DNA from: Octopus sinensis
Lineage: Eukaryota
Reading direction: 5' to 3'
Length of the DNA: 64,000 nucleotides
Assembly (NCBI RefSeq): GCF_006345805.1
Contig: NC_043016.1
Location: 26,970,001 to 27,034,000, forward strand
Shown here: piece after piece, positions 12,333 to 25,714 of the stretch
Numbering within the stretch: the stretch's first letter is position 1
Layout of the letters: each line of letters begins with the position of its first letter
Made by a program: the position numbers and the translations under genes
Notes under the pieces: generated by a model
The model's database searches: none
Told to the model about the DNA's origin: nothing
Seen by the model: the letters and a program-made list of their open reading frames with translations, nothing else

Positions 12333-12656
12333 AAAAAGAAGAAGAAGAAAGGTATTGGTTTCAAATTTTGGCACACAGCTGACAATTTTAGAGGAGAGGT
12401 AAGTTCATTATGTCAATCTCGGTGTTTATCTGGTACTTACTTTATTAACCCCGAAAGAATGAAAAGCAACTAATCATTTTTTTACACATAACTTCATTTC
12501 ATTTTGAAAATGAACAATCTGGTGTGTTTAAGTTTAGTGGCCTATCAATGTATAAAGTGAGCTGCTTTGCCCTAGGAATCAGGAAGACACTTGGGAAGAA
12601 ATGGAAACAAAACTGAAAGAAGAAAAACTCATACTATACAATAATAATAATAATAA

Positions 12657-12885
12657 TCACCATCCGATCATGGCCGTTTGCCAGCCTCGTCTGGCATCTG
12701 TGCCAGTGGCACGTAAAAAGCACCCACTACAGTCACGGAGTGGTTGGCATTAGGAAGGGCATCCAACCGTAGAAACATTGCCAGATCAGTCTGGGCCTGG
12801 TGCAGCCTTCTAGCTTCCCAGACCCCAGTTGAACCATCCAACTCATGCTAGCATAGAAAGCGGATGCTAAACAATGATGATGATG
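12657..12885 (+). mobile_element. RTE-type 3' end or SINE family C with (GAT)n tail
   Basis: ggttggcattaggaagggcatcc...gctagcatagaaagcggatgctaaac(gat)n; similar copies at 18405-18600(-), 29145-29310(-), 32530-32712, 38928-39090, 41092-41308, 52157-52345. Confidence 0.85.
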
Positions 12886-12910
12886 AATGATGATAATAAT
12901 AATAATTGAT

Positions 12911-13075
12911 AGGCATAGGAGTGACTGTGTGGTAAGTAGCTTGCTTATGAACCACATGGTTCCGGGTTCAGTTCCACTGCATGGCATCTGGGCAAGTGTC
13001 TTCTACTATAGCCTTGGGCCGACCAAAGCCTTGTGAGTGGATTTGGTAGATGGAAACTGAAAGAAGCCCGTCGTA

Positions 13076-13122
<47 letters not shown>

Positions 13123-13343
13123 GCGTGTATGCTTGTGTGTCTGTGTTTGTCCCCCCAACATCGCTTGACAACCAATGCTGGTGTGTTTATGTCCCTGTAA
13201 CTTAGTGGTTTAGCAAAAAAGAGACAGATAGAATAAGTACTAGGCTTACGAAAAATAAGTCCTGGGGTCGATTTGCTCAACTAAAGGCAGTGCCCCAGCA
13301 TGACCACAGTCAAATGACTGAAACAAGTAAAAGAGTAAAAGAG
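12911..13343 (+). mobile_element. tRNA-derived SINE family A, full length
   Basis: Head, central (TA)n and (agtaaaag)n tail. Confidence 0.93.
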
Positions 13344-13344
13344 A

Positions 13345-13690
13345 TACCAACAGATGACAATGTTTCTCTAAAAGAAACAGTGAAACTTCCAAAATACAAA
13401 GCGCTGGAAATAGAGTTAACTTGAATGTGGAGCCTAGAAAGAGAAACAATTCCTATCATAGTAGGTGCATTAGATATGATAAAAAACATTCAGACAAATA
13501 CATAGCAAAAACCTGAGGACTTACAAGTATATATAACATACAGAAAGTAGCACTACTAGGCACTGTACACATCCTACATAAAACACTTTCAATACTGTGA
13601 AAATAAGAGCACCCCAACAAACCACGGCACATACCCACAGAGCTGCACTCAGTAGTACAATGAAAGCACATGATAAAAATAAGACTACTG
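13345..13690 (+). mobile_element. R4/Dong-like 3' fragment
   Basis: ETIPIIVGAL, IQKVALLGTVHIL followed by a 3' UTR and (TAA)n. Confidence 0.85.
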
Positions 13691-13829
13691 AATAATAATA
13701 ATAATGATGATGATGATGGTGATGATGATGATGATGATGACGATGACAACAACAATAACGATGATAATGATGATGATGATGAATATATAACAACAATTAT
13801 TATTATTGTTATTATCAATTTTGCCATTG

Positions 13830-14600
13830 TTGACATTGCTTTTCATCCCTTCAAGGTTGATGAGATAAGTACAAGTTGAGCACTAAGAGGTGGGTGTCAA
13901 TGTAATCAACTTATCCTCCCCAAAATTCCTGGCTTTGTGCTAAAATTTGAAACCATCCCTATTATTATTAAAGTGGCAAGCTGGCAGAATTACTAGCATT
14001 TCAGACAAAATGCTTAGTGGCATTTCTTCTGGCATTTTATGTTCTGTCATCTAACTTCACCAAGTTAACATTACTTTTCATTTTCCCCCTCAAGATTACT
14101 GGGTTTATGCCAAATTTAGAAAGAATTATTGTTGTTGTTGTTATTATTATTATTATTAAGTCAGTGAGCTGGCAGAATCATTAGCATACTGGGAAAAATG
14201 CTTAGGCATTTCATCCGTCTTTACATTCTGAGTTCAAATTCTGCTGAGGTTGATTTTGCCTTCCATCCTTTTGGGATCAATAAAACAAGTTCCAGTTGAC
14301 TACTGGGATCAATGTAATCGACTATCCCCCTCCCCCAAATTCCAAGCCTTGTGCCTATTGTAGAAAGGATTCTTATTGTTATTAAGGCAGCAAGCTGGCT
14401 GAATTGTAAGCATGTCAGACCGGCATTTCTTGCTGCTCTTCATGCTCTGAGTTCAAATTCCTCTGAGCTTGACTTTGCTTTTCATTTTTTTTCCCCCAGG
14501 GCTGATAAAATAAATAGCAGTTGAACATTGGGGGGTCAATGTAATTGACTAGGCTCTTCTCCAAACTTTCAGCTCTTGGGCCTGTAGCAAAAAAAGATTC
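13830..14600 (+). mobile_element. Head-to-tail cluster of four SINE family B copies
   Basis: Units at about 13830, 13970, 14158 and 14383, each separated by short (TTA)n. Confidence 0.85.
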
Positions 14601-15654
14601 TATAATAATAATAATAATAATAATAATAAGTGTTTTGCTTGAGAACACAATGCATAGCTAGTCTAGGAATTGAAACCATAGGGCAACACTCTCACCACCA
14701 AATCATGTGCCTTCACAGTATCCACAGGATACTATAGCAGTGAATAGGGATGACCATTATTAGACATGTTTTCCTACATTTTTTTCTACTTAACTGAGCT
14801 ATAATGCTGATTGCCACATGGACTGAGGTTGAGTGCTGCCATGTAGTCATAACCCTCTCCTAGTTGAGCAAGGCATTCAGTAAAATGTCTAATCTTGCAC
14901 CCCACAATAGATTAATGGAAGGAGTGCACAATGTAATTGGAGATATTCTGGATGTCTGTAATGTTCTGTTGAATGGCTTTTGCTAAAATCCAAAAGATTT
15001 CTAGGTTGGAAAAATATGGATAATTTCCCAAAATTCTTGGACTGAGTGTACAAGTGGGTGTCATTGTTGGTGCTGTATACATTCTACATACATAGCATGG
15101 CTGTTAGCCAGATGTGTCTGAAAATACATGAACAATGACAGTTCTGTACTTTTTGTATTCATTTAGTATCCACAGATCTCTGAATGGCATACAGCTGTTA
15201 TAGCATGCATAACTGATCTGGCTGTTGTCCTTGTCTACCATAAAAGCAAATACATTTCTATGGCATACATGCTATGCCAAAAAAGGTGGCAGAGCAGATG
15301 AGGATAAAAGGACTAAGAACTGGGGTTTTTTTCTTCTGTGTTTCAAACCTCATCAGCATTGATGCTAATTTGAAATAGAAAGTGAAAGAGAAGAAAAATG
15401 TACAGCTCTCCATTAAATAATATGATGAAAATAGCCAAATATGATTTGGATGAGAGATTCAACTTATGGGAGATAAATCTGAGAGAGTAGCAGGAGGGTA
15501 GTTTGCATGTTCTAATAGTATTTTTGCTAGTGTTCCCACTTTATAAACTAAATTTGAATGTGTGTGTGCATGAACATAAACATGTATGTATCATACCTGT
15601 TGGCAGGCAAAATACTACAGTATTTGTCCAGAGATAACATCTCACATGGTTGTG

Positions 15655-15694
<40 letters not shown>

Positions 15695-15920
15695 TTGATT
15701 GTGGCCATGCTGGAGCAACATTTTTAGTTGAGCAAATCGACCCCACAACTCATTCATTGTAAGCTTAGTACTTATTCTATCGATCTATTTTGGTGAACTG
15801 CCAAGTTATGGGGAAGTAAACACACCAGCATCAGTTGTTACGGAAAATTGGGAGGACAAACACAGACACACAAACATATATATACATATAGGACGGGCTT
15901 CTTTCAGTTTCTGTCTACCA
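15695..15920 (-). mobile_element. SINE family A, partial
   Basis: Family A sequence ends abruptly where the RTE 5' region begins. Confidence 0.8.
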
Positions 15921-17800
15921 GATGGGGCTCCTTAACCATGGAGAAGGCATCCCATCTGGGAGGGGGAAACTCTGGTATAAAACCAGGTCTTTGGTTGCTG
16001 AGGATCTCCTTAACAAGGTTGTACTATCAGAGATGGAAACTTCTGAAGAAAAAGCCTGAAGTGTGTTGTTCTTGGTATTGTGGCACATATGTGCACCATA
16101 CCCTTGCTATCATCACTTCCAAAAAGTGTAGCTGGTTCTTCACAAGCCTTCAACACTTAAATCAAACCATATGTGTGGGTTTTCTGACAACTTGCATCTA
16201 TTCATTCAATACTGTCCAGTTCCAACTTGCAAAAACTCGAAGTCCCTGGCAAGTGAGTGAGATCGGTAGGGACAGGTAAAGGATATTACTGGAAGACTCT
16301 TGCTGGATCTCTACACAGTCGGTGACCATTGAGTGATGGGTGTTCCAGCAAGTAACTGTGCTGTCTGTGTCCTGTAGTGGTGACAAAGTAGGTCTATTTA
16401 GATACAGCACTGCTTTCCCCAACAAGAGGACGAGTGAGAAAAGGAGCCCTAAATATTGCTTACTCAGCTTAAACTTGCTATCCAACTGCGATTATTCAGT
16501 AACACATTTGAAACATGAAGAAATCTAAGAACATTAACCTTGGTTCTTGGAATGTGTACTCTCTCCAAAACAATCACTCAGCACCAGAATGAAAAATGGC
16601 ACTGGTTGTCCTTGAAGAAATACAACATTGACATAGCTGCACTCAGTGAAACTCATCTTACAGGATCACCACAGTTCAAAGAAAGTAAAGGTGGATACAT
16701 ATTTTTCTGGTGTGGAAGAAATGAGGATGGGCCACACCACTCTGATGTTGGTTTTGCCATCAAGACAGAAATAGCTAGATGCCTTCTTTCTCTACCCAAA
16801 AGTATTTCTGATTGTATCATGACACTAACGTTGGAACTTGATCACAACATTTGTGCTATGCTTGTCAGTTGCTATGCTCCAACCATGGCCAGCACTGAGC
16901 TGAAAAAGGATGAATTTTATAGCCAACTCTGTTATGTTATCTCCAGTTGTCACCATAGGGATAAACCTATCCTTTAATGCTTGTGTTGGTACTGACTATC
17001 AGGCATGGGAGGGTGTACTTGGGTCACCATAGTGTAGGTCAAATGAACTCCAGCAGTCTGCATGTGCTCTCCATCTGCAGGGAATTCAGTCTAAGCATCA
17101 CAAATACCTTTTTTCAACAGCGAAATTGTTGCAAAACAACGTGGATGCATCCAAGATCTAATGATTGGTATCTTTATAGACTATTATCACCAAGAAGTGA
17201 GATATTAGGGACTTTAACATTACATGTTCCTTTCATAACACCTGCTATCTCTCAGACCATTTTCTTCTTCATAGTAAGGTTACATTCCTCCTGAACACAA
17301 GACTACAAAAGACATCAGTGTCTAAGTGAATTGAAGAGTAGGTTGAGTTCTCTATCAAGTTGGACAATGCATTCAACACTGTTGATATCAGTGATGACAT
17401 AGAATCATCTTGGAAGGTTCTGCGTGATGCAACACACTTTGCACCTGTAAAGGTTCTGGGACTTCCTGTTCATAAATATCAAGACTGGTTCAGTGATAGC
17501 AACACAGATGTCCAGCAGTTGATAACAAAATGCATAGCTCTCATAAAACATGGATAAATAATAAGAGCTCATCCAGAAAAGAGAATGCTTATAAGAAATG
17601 CAGAGGCCAGGTCCAACGTGCTCTGATGCAGGTGAAAGGAGGCTTGGTGGTCTTCCAAGGCTACTGAACTCCAAGAAGCTGCAGACAGAAAGCATTTTAA
17701 AGCCTTTTATGGTGTTACTGTTGACTGACAAATCTTACATCTTGAAACAATGGAAAGATCACTTTGTAGCTGTGTTGAACTCTACCTCAGTCACTAATGT
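15921..17800 (+). mobile_element. RTE-clade LINE 5' portion (5' UTR and degraded AP endonuclease)
   Basis: YNIDIAALSETHL, GYIFFWCG, VGFAIK, CYAPT, ITNTFFQ, KTTWMHPRS, QDWF; frameshifts and stops. Confidence 0.9.
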
Positions 17801-17807
17801 TACAACT

Positions 17808-18020
17808 TTCTGTCACTCTTTCTTCCAGTTTCTGTTGTACCTGTATTTCAAAGAGCCAGCCTTGCCACACTCTGTGTCATGCTGAATCTCTCTGAAAACT
17901 ACGTTAAGTGTACACATGTATGTGGAGTGCTCAGCCACTTGCATGTTAATTTCATGTGCAGGCTGTTCTGTTGATTGGATCAACTGGGACCCTCATCATG
18001 GTAACCGCCAGAGTGCCACG
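17808..18020 (+). mobile_element. Fragment of a further SINE family (3' part)
   Basis: Recalled resemblance (gagtgctcagccacttgcatgttaatttca...); single copy in the window, not verified. Confidence 0.4.
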
Positions 18021-18214
18021 ATATATACATATATAAACAGGAATAGATATTCAAAGAATCAAACAGAACAAATGGTAAACTCTCAACCAAATGTACAGCT
18101 ATCAAGATTTTGAAACTGCTGTATACATATGGAATAAATATTTTATCTCTCACTTCTCCAAAATTTGATTAAAAATATGTATTTGAATATATACTACAAT
18201 GCATGACACATTAC

Positions 18215-18311
18215 CATGTAAATTAGGGCCTAAGTTCAAACTGTATTCAACACTCATATTTCTGTGGTGCACACTTAACTGTTTTATTAAGCAGCATTTG
18301 GAAATATTTGT
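18215..18311 (-). other. Candidate 97-nt exon, possibly containing a start codon (MSVEYSLNLGPNLH)
   Basis: Minus strand cttacttctcttccag acceptor and ATG|gtaatg donor in unique sequence; ATG at 18257; no homology recognised. Confidence 0.3.
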
Positions 18312-19244
18312 CTGGAAGAGAAGTAAGGTTCTGACTTGACACCTAGTGGCTTTAGTTGAGATAAAAGAAAGAAGATGAGGATATAGTGTCATTGTTGTCA
18401 TAGTCATCATCATCATCTTTTAATGCCGATGTTTCATGCTGCCATGGCTTAGATGGTTTGACAGGATAGGATGGGTTCAAGGGCTGCCTTATGTTTCAAT
18501 GTCTGCTTTGGTATGATTTTTATGGCTGGATGCCCTTTCTAATGCCAGCCACCTTACAGTTCTTACTGGGTGCTTTATTTGTGCCAATAGCACAAGTGAG
18601 GTTGTCATGCAACTTGTAAGATTATGAATCATGAGTGGGTGACTTTATGCTAGGAGATGAGGAATGAAAAATATGAAAGGTGCCAGAACAGAACAAGTCT
18701 TTTGCTGCAGAGAAGTTACATGTCTACTCACAATCTTAGAAGAGAGGGTAGGAATGATAAAAATAGTGGTGATGTGTTAGCAGGGTGGATCTTCAAGATA
18801 CAAGGTAGGTAAAATGAATGGGGCAGAGGAACAAGGTGTGGTTGGATGAAGGTTGTAAGAGGGTATGGGATGAGTTAAGGGATAGGGAGTAGGTGATGGA
18901 AGGGATGTAAGTGACCACTAGTGATGCAATAATAAAGGGGAAAGGTAAGGAGGAAATGAGTGATATGCAAAACAGCAGAATAGTAATAATGACATGATGT
19001 TGGATATGTTGCAGGAGTAGATGGGGAAGGGAAAGCAGGTGTTGTGCATGAGGAGGGTGAGAGATGTATGGTGGTGGAGGAGAGATAGTTGTTGACCCAG
19101 TGGGTGGGGGTGAGACAAAGAAACTGTGTGTGGAAAAAATTTATTTATGGATGAAAGGTGGATAATGAGTGAAATAGTTCTGGGTAGTAAGAAAAGTAAG
19201 TGGCACCAGAGGAAGTACTGCAGTTAGAGAGTGGTGGAGTGTCT

Positions 19245-19465
19245 TGAACTCCGAAAGGATGAAAGGTAAAGTCGACCTCAGCAGAATTTGAACTCAGAAC
19301 GTAAAGACAGATGAAATACCTAATTCTTTACTACCCACAAGGGGCTAAACACAGAGAGGACAAATAAGGACAAATGGATTAAGTTTATTATATCGCCCCC
19401 CCCCAGTGCGTAACTGGTACTTATTTAATCAACCCCTGGCATGCTAACGATTCTGCCAGCTTGCT
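19245..19465 (-). mobile_element. SINE family B, rearranged
   Basis: Family B segments in permuted order. Confidence 0.75.
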
Positions 19466-19499
19466 GACTTGGACATTACATAATAATGGTAATGACGAT

Positions 19500-19745
19500 A
19501 TATACAAACAGCTGTACCAGAAATCAGTTTTGCTGGGATGGATGGGTCTTCTTGAGAACTGCATATCATCAATCATCCTGGTCCTTTTACATCTCCTTTG
19601 TGAGCTTTCACTACTTCATCTCATATCTTCCTGGAACACCCTCTTCTGCAAGCTCCATCCACATTAAGCAATCAACATTTATTCTTACAGTTATCCTCAT
19701 CCATATGCATCACATATCCATACTAGTAGTCTTCTTTCTTGCCAA
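19500..19745 (-). mobile_element. Degraded RTE LINE C-terminal fragment
   Basis: Similar to 27440-27640 and 38270-38420. Confidence 0.55.
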
Positions 19746-19877
19746 CTAAACCTGCCTACCTACCTATCTATCTATCTATATATATATATATATTCGCAGC
19801 AGGTATATGTATTTTGATACATGATTGTTGGTAATGAGAAAGAAAATGTATGAGTACCAAGCTTGATTCATATACCA

Positions 19878-20613
19878 TTTACTTGCTTCAGTCATTTGAC
19901 TCTGGTCATGTTGGGACGTCGCTTTGAGGAATTTTTAGTCAAAGGCATCGACACCCCCCCCCCAGTATTCAGTTATTTAATTCTATCGGTTTCTTCGTCC
20001 GAACCGCTAAGTTATGGGGACGTAAACACATCAACACCGGTTGTCAAGCAGCGATGGGGGGGGGGGACAAAAGCAGACATAAATATATACGATGGGCTTC
20101 TTTCCGTTTCCGTCCACCAAATTCACTCACCAGAGTTTGGTCGCCCCAGGCAATAGTTGAAGTCACTTGTCTGTGTGTGCCACACAGTGGGTCTGAATTC
20201 GGAACCATGCGGTTGGGAAGCAAACTTCTTACCGCACAGTCACGCCTACGCCTACATATATAGTATGGTTCCGGGTTCAGTCCCACTGCGTGGCACCTTG
20301 GGCAAGTGTCTTCTGCTATAGCCCCGGGCCAACCAATGTCTTGTGAGTGGATTTGGTAGAGGGAAACTGAAAGAAGCCTGTCGTATATATATATGTGTGT
20401 GTGTGTGTGTCTGTGTTTGTCCCCCTAGCATTGCTTGACAACCGATGCTGGTGTGTTTATGTCCCCGTCACTTAACGGTTCGGCAAAAGAGACCGATAGA
20501 ATAAGTACTGGGCTTTCAAAAGAATAAGTCCCGTGGTCGATTTGCTCGACTAAAGGCGGTGCTCCAGCATGGCCGCAGTCAAATGACTGAAACAAGTAAA
20601 AGAGTAAAAGAGA
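19878..20613. mobile_element. Two family A SINEs head-to-head (19878-20253 minus; 20266-20613 plus)
   Basis: Both match the consensus and retain CpGs. Confidence 0.9.
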
Positions 20614-21099
20614 GAATATATATATTTGTCACATGGCAACATTGACTCTGCGGAAGGATTCGGTCACCCCGACCGTCTCCAACTTATTTTGCACTGTCGA
20701 ACAGGAAGGAATCATTCAATAAAAGCTGTCAACTTTCTGAATAAAACTTTCATTTCCTTTTCTATAAATCATAACAATTTCTGCTATATCAAAATAACGC
20801 ATAATTTGCTGAAATAATACATTTTGATGTTGAGACATGTTATGACATATCTTCTTCCTAAAAACCTATAAAATTGCCGGTATGATTCTTGAATTAGCTT
20901 TTTAACAATCACCGTAAAAGAGGTTTTGCTAATTTAACTTCGAAAGACACGAACAACTCTCTGAATTCTATTCCCTATCTTATCAACAGATTATAGTTAC
21001 AACTTATTTTAGTAGAGTAGTGTGCAATAGTTGTATGTGTATGTTCCTTTTTTCCTTCTTTTTCACGTCTTTAACAGACTCATGAGCTCACAAGTAGTT

Positions 21100-21771
21100 T
21101 GCATTCTCTGAAGATAACCAGCTTCGTGTTCACATGAGAAAGAAATCGCATATTATAGCAGCGAATACCCACACCATGTCTGTAAGTTTCGATTCTCACA
21201 TGTAATTGAGTCCTTCCGATTCGTTAAATGAAAGTATAATAACCGTTGTGACTTCCCATTTCCTCTCCCTATCGACGACCACCAAATTAACAGCACCATC
21301 AATACTATATGAAACAGTAACAACAACGACGACAGCGGTCGCGGGAGTGAATGTCTGTTACAGTCACATATCGTTCCATCTAGTATCAACAAGCACGGGG
21401 CGCACGTTGCACCGTTTTTTTTAAAAAAATTAATTCAAGAACGATAACTCTTGTAGTTACTTGTTCCGGGATTAGTTTAAATGGTCGTTGGTGTGAGAAA
21501 CCATGAGAACTTTAGTTGAGAATTAGAAGTTAATCAAACAACTGTTGGCCGTTCATCATCTTAAGAGATAGATGTAGGTCAGAAACAGAAATATGAATCT
21601 TCCACTGAAGTGGACTGTTTTTTCCTTGCTGTTCGCACACGAAGAACGATATACAAATACTGTCTTCTTTATAGCTAATGTCTAACAGCACCTATTTTTT
21701 TTTCCTGATATACTAAAATTATTTTTGTACATACATTAATGACGTTATTACTCTCAGTTATCAAGGTAAGC
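21100..21771 (+). promoter_or_regulatory. Candidate promoter and non-coding first exon ending at 21765
   Basis: Repeat-free, CpG-retaining unique sequence ending in a strong donor AAG|GTAAGC, followed by T-rich intron-like DNA. Confidence 0.45.
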
Positions 21772-22701
21772 TGTTTTGTTAATAGTTGTTTACAATGTTA
21801 TTAAATTTAATGTATTTCTGAACTTTTTTATTCAATGTGTTTTGTTATTTGTGTTTATACTTAAATGGTAATGAATATAATTAAATTTTGTTATCCGTTT
21901 TTGAATGATTTTTTTTGTCTGTAAATTTCATAATTACAATTATTTACAAATAATGCCATTTTCTAGTGATTAATTAATTACTCCAGTTTCTTATATTCGT
22001 CTTTTTCCATATAAAACTTTCCAGTATCTTATTAATTTGGTCTGCTTTTTTTTAACAGTGTGTTGAGTTTAGTCAAAACTTTATAAAACTTTTTTTTAAA
22101 ACACCTATGTTTCATGTATTCTGTCATGCATAATTTAAACATTTAATACTAAATATAGTAGCGAAAAGGTTTTTTTTTTTTGAAAAACTATAAAGGCTGT
22201 AATTTTCTTAATACTATAAAAGACGTGTAATTAATAACCCACTCCTAGTGACTATCAAGATTTAAAAGTTAGTTGTTTCCACCTCACACCATAAATGTGT
22301 GTTATATTTATGTTTTGTAGTTTTTCTTGTAATAGTCTAGCAAAAGTTATGATGTAAGTAGTTTTACTTTATTTCCGAGTTACATTAGCTCACGAAAGGG
22401 CTATTAAACACTTGTTATATATTTATTTGTAGATTGGTTATTCTTCGGTTAAGAGTTAATTTTTATGCTACCGTAATTTTGTTTCCTCGTGAAATCATTT
22501 CATTTCACACACACGCACACATAATAATTGTCATTAAAACGAGTTCATTTTATTTATTTCTTCCCTAAATATCTTGATATTACAAGTTTCTTTAAACCAT
22601 CACGACCAAGGCCATGCTGGTGTACTGTCCTCAGTATGTTTATTAGTCCATTCCATGCATGTTTCCTGTGTATAGACATAACACATTTGTGCTTATGGTG
22701 T

Positions 22702-22740
<39 letters not shown>

Positions 22741-22899
22741 AGAATTGAATATGTTCAAATGAATTGATGTCTATACGCCAGTTTCTCCGTTTTCTTTTTC
22801 TATTATATATATTATGTGTGAATGTGCATTGTGTGAGTGTAAATATATATGTATACACGATTCTGTATATGGTTTTTTTAATGGGATCGGTCAAGAGTA

Positions 22900-24170
22900 A
22901 GGGGCTGTATTCATCGCTTTCGCAAGCCGGAGTAGTAACGGCATGAGTAAAGTTCCGCTTGAGCAATTACAAGGTGACGGCAGCTGGAGAGAAATAAAAG
23001 TCAGGGAGGGAATTTCCAGACGGTCAACTTTCTGGGGAGGCAGGACTGGATGTACTGGAGAGAGGGGGGAGGTAACAGAATGGGTGCCGAGGGAGTGCTT
23101 GAGTGGTGGTGACACGAAACCAGCCTGACTGTCGGATCATAGATTGGAATGTGTTCTAAATGACTTCAATGACAAACAGGCGGGTGGCTTTTGCTCTTGC
23201 CCCCCTCTTTTCTTTTGGACGCAGCATAGATAGTGTTTGCACCACAGCAATACGTTTTTGGGGAGAGTTAGTTGTTGGGAACCTGAAATATTTCTAATCA
23301 TTCTTTGCCGTATCAAGGATGTGCATTCGCCGGGAGAGCTACAAGAACCCTTAAGGCTCAGGCATTTGTAGCGGCCTTTTGAGAGTTCTTGTTGCTTTCC
23401 GTTTATGTCGACGGGATGGGAGACAATGTTGTCTTTATGTAAAGTGATCGTGTTGTTGTTGAAGGAAACAAGATTGGCATGACTCTATAGGAGCAAGTTT
23501 TCGAGGTCTCTGTTTATGGAGTCAGTCTGGGCTTGGCGTGATATGTGTTGGTTGCATCTGGAATCATTTGTCTAGAAATAGGCGTTGTTAGTGGCGGCAA
23601 AAAGGCCATTGGTGTGTGTGTAAAAGCGTGGGTGACAAAGTGATCCTTCGGGTACACCAGAGCTGATAGTGTAGATAAGAGAGCTCCATCACACTAATTG
23701 ATATGAAGTCACCAATTCAACTGACAAATGGATGGACCTCGTTGGTGGGTAGAATCACCTGCCTGGTACGCTCGAATACTTTGCTGATGTCAAGTTATGC
23801 ATGTGTGATAACACATGTCCATGATGTCATGCAGTGGTTTTCGAATGCTGGACCTTTATAAATATAATCGGCAAAAGTAGGCGAATGGTTTTGTTTTGGC
23901 ATCATGAGATCTCAACTTCGATCTCAGAGCGTGGCATTTTAGTTTCAGGTCGATACAATTCTTGTGAACAAAAGGGGGTTAGATGGAAACTGCAGAAGCT
24001 TGTCAGGAGAACTGTGTCATTCAAAGGGTTAACTTTGCCACCGTGCCATGTTGATTTTGTCCCGAAGATTATGCTAAGAGTATACGTGTTTGCGGAGTCA
24101 TTCAGACCAACTGGAATACTTATCTCTGAAACCGAACGATGATCCATCCGTCTATCTTATACATCTATAA
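22900..24170 (-). mobile_element. Degraded CR1/L2/Jockey-group LINE RT fragment
   Basis: Minus strand LDISKVFER (cf. LDISKAFD) and ISSGVPEGS (cf. GVPQGS); higher GC block. Confidence 0.75.
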
Positions 24171-25316
24171 CTAAAACCACTAAGCATTTTCATAAAATGC
24201 TGCTTAGATGGGGCAGTAAGGAACTGTTAAAAAGTTGACACGTTCTTGCCTCATATTAAAATCACATTGAAAATTGATTGAATATTCAAGTTCATATTTA
24301 TAACTTTGCTGTAAAACTTTTTAATTTAACTATACTTATCACCTAAATTTATAAAAATTTCGAACAGTAATTTTATTATTTCGTACCTGTGTAAAACATT
24401 TCAACTTTTTAACGCAATTTTGCACACTCTTTGTATAAATTTTGGCTTTTCAAAGTACCTGAACAAGGGGATTCCAATATTGAGTAAACTTGTAAGTGAC
24501 TCATGGTGTGGACTGTTCCATAATCGCAGAAAGGGGATTCCGTATTGCTTACCCCTTTTCCCCGGCAACATTTCAGTTTAGTATTTTCTACTTTGCAACT
24601 TTAAAATGTGTTTACCTTCGGGGTGGTGGGGATGGCGTTAGCTAACCCATTCAATGACTTAAAAGGATCGATCATAATTTTTTAAAATTTAGCTGTTAAA
24701 AGAATATAACTCAGCTGTTTTTCTCCCCATTTTTTTCCAGTCAACAATCTGTTTTAAAACACATTCGGAAATAATTTTCACATAAATTCAGTATATTTAC
24801 CGATCAAAACGAACACGTCCCTTATAATGTAGTAAGTTTTAACGTGAGAAATAGTTAAAATTTCATTGCAATACTAAAAAAAAAAATAAAGAAAAAAACT
24901 ATAAAATAACAAACGATAGCTATTACTGTAAAAGTACCCGCTATTTTTATATGTTTAACAATAAACACCCTGGAAGTAACAAGAAATTCTGATATCATCT
25001 TAGACTTCAGCTGCTTTGTTACTGTTTTTCGAAATAGGTTCTTTTTTCACTAGTTCATACTTGTCACTTTTAACTTAATCTGATATAATCCTTTGTCCAT
25101 TCAGTAAGGAATGCGCCGTTCTGTAGCGATATAACTTATAATTTCGCTTGTCATTCATTTATTTATGTATGTATTCATTTATCTATTTGTTTATTTAACA
25201 ACCCAGTTATTTTTAAATATTGTACTTTTAATAGATTATGAAGTTTTTAAATTGCAGGCGCACTGTTTAAGGGAGGGAGGTGTGTGTATATATTATGCAT
25301 TATTGCTATGATTAAC

Positions 25317-25345
<29 letters not shown>

Positions 25346-25352
<7 letters not shown>

Positions 25353-25649
25353 TTAATAAGGGTGAGAGAATTAGATACTATTTAATAGTATATCTATTCA
25401 ACACCAAGTGGCCCAGTGCTTCGAGAAACCTGGATTATTATAATATTTTATAATATATTATAATATTTTATACAAAAATAAATATAAGAGAATGGTCACT
25501 ATGTGGCTCATTCTAGCACTAGAAAATCCAAAAGGTTTCAACCACAAAAATACATGTTTCCCATGAAAGGGAAACATGTATTTTTGTGGTTGAAACCTTT
25601 TGGATTTTCTAGTGCTAGAATGAGCCACATAGTGACCATTCTCTTATAT

Positions 25650-25657
<8 letters not shown>
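25346..25657. mobile_element. Fold-back insertion: perfect 89-bp inverted repeat plus one-sided tail, in (TA)n
   Basis: Arms 25474-25562 and 25569-25657, loop ATGAAA; tail 25346-25473 shares aaggg and caccaagt terminal motifs with 673-1514. Confidence 0.85.

Positions 25658-25714
<57 letters not shown>

Noticed and set aside
13830-14600. Repeat-spacer pattern as a CRISPR array
   Set aside because: Eukaryotic SINE tandem with long degenerate units and no cas genes.
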